64,000 nt of DNA, taken from assembly GCF_009914755.1 (NCBI RefSeq), contig NC_060932.1; one strand, 5' to 3'. Position 1 is the stretch's first letter. Each line of letters starts with the position of its first letter. This document shows, in pieces, positions 57,071 to 64,000 of this stretch. Source of the DNA: the human T2T-CHM13v2.0 reference genome, Homo sapiens. The notes beneath the pieces are model-generated. The model searched no databases and had not been told where the DNA came from. It worked only from the letters and a program-made list of their open reading frames with translations. The position numbers were made by a program, and so were the translations under genes.

Positions 57071-58401
57071 AAATGAATGATTGAGTTTCAAGTTGAGTTA
57101 GGAAGATGAGTATACCTTTACTTACATGTGTTACCATGCTTTAATTAGGGAAAATTATGACATGGCAAAAAGTCATACATACAGATAAATACTATGAATA
57201 GGAAAACTCATCGAAGAACTCATCATGCTCTAGGACTAAATTAAGCTTAGCTGGTGGGACCAGGGGCTACTGAGCCTTCATTCTCTACTCAGGCTCCTTT
57301 CCTTGAATCTGTTATGTTATTACAGATTGTATACTGCTAGTTATTCTGAGTACATATGATGCTTGCCATGAATGTACTGAGCTCCCGGCTGTGGATATTT
57401 AAGAGAACACTACCATCACGCTATGAGAACTGTTCGAAGTGGTAAATTATCAATGCTGGCTTCTCAAAGAAAGGGCATCAACGACTCAATTCGATGACTT
57501 CTTCAGCATTTCTAATGCAAAAATGTGATTTTTTTCTAAAGAGTTTCCACCCCTTTTTTCCTTTCTCATGGCTTCAAACACTGGTTATACCATCTCCAAT
57601 CCTGACATCTCCCCTGTATGTAACTATGACTATGTAACATCTCTTCTGGAATATCGAACGTCTTCTCAGACTTCTGGTCTCTCCGACTCCGATCTTGCAA
57701 GCCTGCTTCGCCCACTGTATTTCCCTATAGTAAACACCTTTATCTTTTAGTTCCTTAGACCAAAAACCTTGAAGTCAGCCTTGACTCTTTTCATCATACA
57801 GCTTACCCACCAGAATATCCCATGAGCTCCATATTCAAGATTCGTGCATACAATGGCCGTTTATCACCATCTGTCAGTATCTTGTCTTGATTACAGCAGT
57901 AGCTTTCTTGCCGGTCTTTGTACTTTCCCCTGGTCTCTGTTCCCTAGAATGTATTCTCAACACAGCTCACATGATCCTTTAAACACCTAAGACAGATCGT
58001 ATCACCCCTTTGGTTGAAACACCTCAAAGGATTCCATTTCACCTTGAGTAAAAGCCCAAATCCTTACATTGATTCATAAAACCAGACAAGATCTAGTCCC
58101 CACCCCCACACACTTCACATAGGTCTTCTGTCTCCTCTTCATTCACAATATGGAAGCCATGGCCCTTCATGGAGTACCTCGAACTTGCTGAGCACGTAAT
58201 GCCTCAGGGTCTGTGCACGTTCTGACTTCCCTTTCTAGAACACTCTTCCTCCACTTATCTGCATAGCTGGCCTCGGTTTCTCCAGGTGTCTCCTCCAATG
58301 TCATGCTATTAATGAGGTCTTGGCTGGCCACCACATCTAGAACACTAGAATAGCCCCTGCCCCCCTGCACTCATTGTCCTTCTCATCCACTCTATTTTAC
58401 C

Positions 58402-59133
58402 TCAGAGCACTTAGCAGCAACAGCGTGCTTACTATCACTGTACTTAACACCATCAGAGCGCTTACCACCATCACAGTGCTTACCAGCAACAGCGTGCTTA
58501 CTATCATCACTATACTTACTACCAACAGAGCGCCTACCACCATCAGAGCACCCACCACCATCGCACTTACCACCATCAGAGCACCCACCACCATCAGAGC
58601 ACCCACCATCGCACTTACCACCATGAGCACACTTACCACCATCAGAATGCTTACTACCATCAGAGTGCTTACCATCATCAGAGCACCTACCACCATCAGT
58701 GGGCCTACCACCATCAGAGCGCCATCACCACCAGAGCGCCTACCAACATCATTACACATACCATCAGTGCGCTTACCACCATCAGAGCACTTACTACCAT
58801 CACAGCACCCACCACCATCGCACTTACCACCATCAGAGCGCTTACCACCATCAAAGCACCTACCACCATCAGCACGCTTACCATCAGAGCGCTTACCACC
58901 ATCAGAGCGCTTACCACCATCAGAACACCTACCACCTTCAGCGGGCCTACCACCATCAGAGCGCCATCACCACCAGAGCGCCTACCAACGTCATTGCACT
59001 TACCACCATCAGTGCGCTTACCACCATCAGCTTACCACTGTCAGCATGCTTAACCACCATCAGAGTGCTTACCACCATCAGCGTGCTTACCACCATCAGC
59101 ATGCTTACCACCATCAGAGCGCTTAGCACCATC
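58402..59133. repeat. Degenerate ~18-bp minisatellite (ACCACCATCAGAGCGCTT), roughly 40 units with length variants
   Basis: Direct reading; source of the TTIRAL / PPSERL / HHQSAY pseudo-ORFs. Confidence 0.95.
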
Positions 59134-59182
59134 ACAAATACATTGACTTGTTTGTTTCTGTCTCCTTCCCAAACACAATGGA

Positions 59183-59535
59183 TGCATTAGCTCATTCTCT
59201 TGCTGCTAATAAAGACATACCTGAGACTGGGTATTTTATAAAGGAAGCGGATTAATGGACTCACATTTCAGCATGGCTGGGGAGGCCTCACAATCTTGGC
59301 AGAATGCAAAGGAGAAGCAAAGGCATGTCGTACACGGTGACAGGCAAAAGAGCTCGCGCAAGGGAGCTCCCATTTATGGAACCATCAGATCTCGTGAGAC
59401 TTATTCACTACCATAGGAACAGTATGGGGGAAACTGCCCATGTGATTCAATTATCTCCAAGTGACCCCGCCCCTAACAAGTGGGGATTATTACAGTTCAA
59501 GGTGAGATTTGGCTGGGAAAACAGCCCAAACATAT
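59183..59535 (-). mobile_element. THE1 solo LTR
   Basis: TGCATTAG...TGCTGCTAATAAAGACATACCTGAGACTGGG...ACCATCAGATCTCGTGAGACTTATTCACTA. Confidence 0.92.
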
Positions 59536-60054
59536 ACCTGGAATATAAAGTCCTGGGGGCAAGACTTTGTTTTGCTCACTACCGTATTGGCAGAACCTAG
59601 AACAGAGGGTGCACACAGTCAGCACTCAATACATATTTAATGAATGAATAAACGAATGAATAAATGAACACCACTAAAGACTGCAAGCCCCTTATTTTCT
59701 CCTGACTGCTTTCAAGTATAATTAGCATTGTCTGCACTATTAATGCCACTCAAATTATACTAGAAGCCAATAAAAGACACAAATGTTTTCTATCAGAAAA
59801 CAGCACTCAGTAAAGACTCATTCATCAACGTCATGCTTCCAGCCTCCATGCATATGCTTTATTAATTGAAAGCCCTATAAATTCAAATTTTTTCAAGTTG
59901 CATATATTTTTAAATATATAAATATACAAATATATTTAAAATTGTAATTATTTCCAAAGTTTTCTTATTTTTTACATTGTCTCATATAAATATCAAATAG
60001 ATAAGTTAGGGATGGCTGGAAAAAAATTAAAGAAAACTAAAGTTATGGGGGTTC

Positions 60055-60353
60055 TTTTGTTGTTGTTGTTGTTTTGAGATTCACTTTTGTTGTCCGGGCT
60101 GTACTGCAGAGGCATGATCTCGGCTCATTGCAACCTCCGCCTCCTGGATTCAAACGATTGTCCTGCCTCAGCCTCCCCAGTAGCTGGGATTATAGGTGCC
60201 CAACACCACACCCGGCTATTTTTCATATTTTTAATAGAGATAGGGTTTCACCATGTTGGCCAAGCTGGTCTCGAACTCCTGACCTCAAGTAATCAGCGCA
60301 CCTCAGCCTCCCAAAGTGCTGGGATTTCAGGTGTGAGCCACCCTGCCTGGCCA
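60055..60353 (-). mobile_element. AluS with (GTT)n tail
   Basis: Reverse-complement dimer; TSD AGTTATGGGG(G/A)TTCT. Confidence 0.94.
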
Positions 60354-63300
60354 GTTATGGGGATTCTAAATCATTCCTCCTTTAGGCCACGAAGCCTGAT
60401 AAGGGCCAGCTTTTTACAGCCCAAGTCCTGGCACTTGTGGAAGCCTCCTTTGAGGAATGAGGACTCCAGTGAAGGACCGGCCACATCGCATGGCTGTTAC
60501 ACAGTGGGTCCCCAAAATGACATATCCCTAACTCGTGACACAAGTTTAATGACCAATACATATTTGATAGATTTAAATATATATATTTATCTTCATTTAC
60601 ATTCCCAGAAATGACTGTCTTAATCCTGACAGCATCAGTATTAAAAATCAGCACTTGCTCTTGTGTCTGAAACTGACAAGTTTCATTTCACCCATGACAG
60701 CCTACTGTTGTCACATAGAAAATGTGATTTGAACTTGGATCATTGATGTGAAAAGCAAATGTCACTGCTTGGAGGGGCCAACTGTATAACATCCAATTAG
60801 GCAGAAATCACTGTAATAACGTCTCTTTTCTGTTAGAGTAGAGGGTGTTGTCAGGAAACAGTGTAACCACCCCTCATCTTCACAGGACACCCTGTGTGCA
60901 CACACACATCACTGAAGACATCATTCTCAGCAGTGTTTTAATATTTACCTTCAGTTTGACTGAATTGTATGTAAACCTTGGTTTTCAGGGACTTATTTAA
61001 AATGACATTCTTAGCCAAAATTTAAGTACAATAGAAATACAAAGATTTATAAAATTATGTAATAATTCATACTAGAGTTTGAAAAGTTTGATGTCACATT
61101 GAAATCAGTTAGTTTTAGACTGCGTATAAATAGCAGAGATGTAAAGTACCCTTTGGTGTAGTCCACATGCCTGTGCACATAGGGAAAAGATAACGGTACA
61201 GGAAGAGGGTACACAGGAGCTTTTAAAAATCAAGAGGAGAGATACCTAAATCCACACTGTTAGGAGAACTTACAAATAAGAAATTGTCATGATTATACGG
61301 AGAGTTTAGGAGAAGAAAAAATTGTCTACATACTCAAAGACCTCCCATATCTTTTTCAAAGCAGGGCAGCCTTTGATTTGCTAGGTGTGAGAGCTCCATT
61401 TGTGATATCCTAAGTAAGACTGGCTGAGATTCGGGTCAGAGCCAGCACAGGGACACATTGGGCATCTCTGCAGGTGATGAAGTGCTCCAGGGCTTGAGCT
61501 GAACGGGGTAGGACTGGGTGTTCCCACTGGGTCTACCAGCTGCCTCAGGGCTACCATGGCGCCCAGGATCCATAGAACACATCACCTGCTCTACCCACAC
61601 CCGGACCTGCCAGCTCTGCAACAGACTGGGAGACAGGAGCTGGGCTCCACACAGTTGAGCCAGGGAGCATCTCATCTGGCACTTCCTGCTTTTTGGAGCC
61701 TGATGCATCTCAAACTGAAAATGCCAGGTGTGAAGAAAGGGAGACAGCAATAACGCTCAAATTTTTAAATTTAATTAAAATATATCAGTTAAAGAGGGAA
61801 ATAATTTAAAGAATGTTTTTTAACCAATTTATTTTCATTCAAAATATGAAAATACACATTAATTTTCCAAGCTTTAGCTATAGAGCTAAATCTCTTGCTT
61901 TTGACTTTGTTCCACAGGGAACACAGATTATTTTTTGGTCAAAACCAACTTTTAATGATCATCTAAAACGTCAAGGTTTTGGTTACTACAAAACAAGGCA
62001 AGAATTTAAGACCCATGAACATGAAGGCTATCTTTGTGCATGATCCTTCAATTTCTTAAAAATAATTCCCACATTGTTTACTGTCATCTTCCCTACAGCG
62101 AATTTGGCAGTGATTTTCATTTTTCACTATTACTCTAGTCACAGTAACTCTTTTAAGATAACATTTAATTAGTTTATAGCATATTTCATTACTCTACATA
62201 ATTATAATGACAAACAATAGTATCAGAAATAGGTTTGGCATAAACACAGCCAGCTCAGGACCACTGCACAGTGCACCTGCTGGGAAACCCAACTGTGTAA
62301 GGTACCAAGAGAGAACCCCCACTGATGAATGCCCGTCCCACCAGGCCCCTCAGGCAGGGCTGCAAGCCAGCTGAGCCTACAAGATGACTCAATGGAGGTT
62401 GCGTTTTTTTTTTTTTTTTTTTTTAATCTTCCACTGCTGTATATCCACCCATTCTAAATGATTTATAATTCAGCACAAACATGCTCATTGGGAAATTAGC
62501 TACGGCTGTAGGAGGCAGGAAAGGTAGAGTCTAATAGCAAGAAAGAAAGTCTTCCAACATTTTCAGGACTGATGCAAAGACTAGTTGACGGAAAACCTGT
62601 CAGACTTCATCTTTGGAAAGAATAGAACATGCAAGACCTTAATCCTTGTGATGCCAGGAATGAAGAGCAGGATTGGAGCCCTCCAGAGACTCTGATTCCT
62701 GTCCCACCTGGCTCAGAACCCCTTTCACTGAAAGGGTTGGTGAAATAAGTTTTATTCTGCAAAGATGGACATCTCTCTGGGGGAAATAACATGAGATATA
62801 TTTCAAATAATGCCCAGCACCCCTGCTACACACAGATGCTACCAGAAGATCATGGGGTGCGCAGTGAACTCATTGGGGCGAAAGCCTCTTTAGGAAGGGC
62901 TGTATGTACAGCTCAAGTGAGAATGTTTCCTACCAGAGCTATTCAGAAGCCGCTGTTAGACATAACCATGTGAGGGACCCAGGTAAACAGGAAGGAAAGG
63001 AGAAAGTCAAACGTGAGTTTACTCAACACAGAAATACTCTCTCAGAAGCTTAGGGCGAAAGGTATAGCACTACTTTCCTAGAACAGCTTTCCAGCACGGC
63101 TGTTTATTTGATAGATGACACCTGCTTTCTCTCTTTTTTTCCTCTCAGTGCATCACCTATACACAGCATTTCTTATCTTTGTGAGAGTGAAAAGATGGTG
63201 TTTGGTGGACAGAAATCTGCATCTGAAGCATTCATTATGCAATAGTGCAGTCCTCACTCTTCTAATCCGCAAAATAATGGGTAGATGCTCAAATGAGAAC

Positions 63301-63388
63301 ATGAGATGGGAGAGGAGTTTTCTTACGAAGCCCTTTACTCTCCTTTCTTCCTTGCTGGTGCAGCTGTCTTTCTATTACAAAGGCTTTA

Positions 63389-63680
63389 GGCCAGGCGTGG
63401 TGGCTCACGCCTGTAATCCCAGCACTTTGGGAGGCTGAGGCAGGCAGATCACAAGGTCAGCAGTCCGAGACCAGCCTGGCTAACATGGCGAAACCCCATC
63501 TCTACTAAAAATACAAAAATTAGGCAGATGTGGTGGGCATCCCTGTAGTCCCAGCTATTCAGGAGGCTGAGGCAGATGAATAGCTTGTCCCTGGGTGGCA
63601 GAGGTGGCAGTGAGCCAAGATCACACCACTGCACTCCAGCCTGGGCAACAGAGCAAGACTCTGTCTAAAAAAAAAAAAAA
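63389..63680 (+). mobile_element. AluS
   Basis: Full dimer with A tail; TSD approximately AA(G)GC(C/T)TTA. Confidence 0.94.
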
Positions 63681-64000
63681 GCCTTTAAAAATCAGAGACT
63701 CACTTTGCAAGCCAATCAGTGAATTTTAGGACATGGGGATGTGACCCACTCATGGCCAATGAGACATACAGGAAAGTGTCTGCCAGGGCATTTTTGGGAT
63801 AAACTTTTCTTCTGGAGAGAGTCCACTACCGAGTTGCTGCACTGGACACTGTCATTGGAGAATATGGCATCATCTGTCCCTAGCATTTGGCTACAAAAAA
63901 AAGTAAATTTACATCCTACAGGAAGATGCTGCAGGATCTATGTTTACATCATTTCATTATGCCTTGGGGTATAATCAACATACAAAAGCAGCAGCATTTC

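Larger units (their letters stand above)
57555..59670 (+). mobile_element. L2a 3' portion, interrupted by a minisatellite and a THE1 LTR
   Basis: AGACCAAAAACCTTGAAGTCAGCCTTGACTC, GAGTAAAAGCCCAAATCCTTAC, and terminus CACTCAATACATATTTAATGAATGAATAAACGAATGAA. Confidence 0.85.

Noticed and set aside
58374-59190. 250-aa, 163-aa and 120-aa ORFs with mucin-like, His-rich or hydrophobic repeats
   Set aside because: By-products of an 18-bp tandem repeat inside L2; non-ATG starts for the + ORFs, no promoter or splice context

Overview
Primate (very likely human) genomic DNA from inside the very large gene CSMD1, which is transcribed from the minus strand. Only one coding exon is present: 88 bp at 23457-23544, encoding (L)[28 protein letters not shown](R), the linker and start of the second Sushi/CCP domain. 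From memory this is exon 8. Everything else is intron, densely filled with Alus, old and young L1 pieces, L2, MaLR/ERVL solo LTRs, Tigger3/Charlie1/MER5 DNA transposons and micro/minisatellites. None of the supplied ORFs is a credible protein gene, and I see no new protein-coding or prokaryote-style system. The most interesting signals are fossil repair and rearrangement structures: (1) a ~325-bp inverted duplication that, with an L1 3' end, splits a MER5A1 element; (2) a 32-nt inverted templated insertion inside an Alu, copied from ~1.4 kb away; (3) an AluY inserted in inverted orientation into another Alu's tail junction, giving a near-spacerless ~290-bp hairpin; (4) four minisatellites that each appear to have grown from a motif of their host LINE. 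Repeat subfamily names come from recalled consensus sequences, and repeat boundaries are approximate unless a TSD is given.
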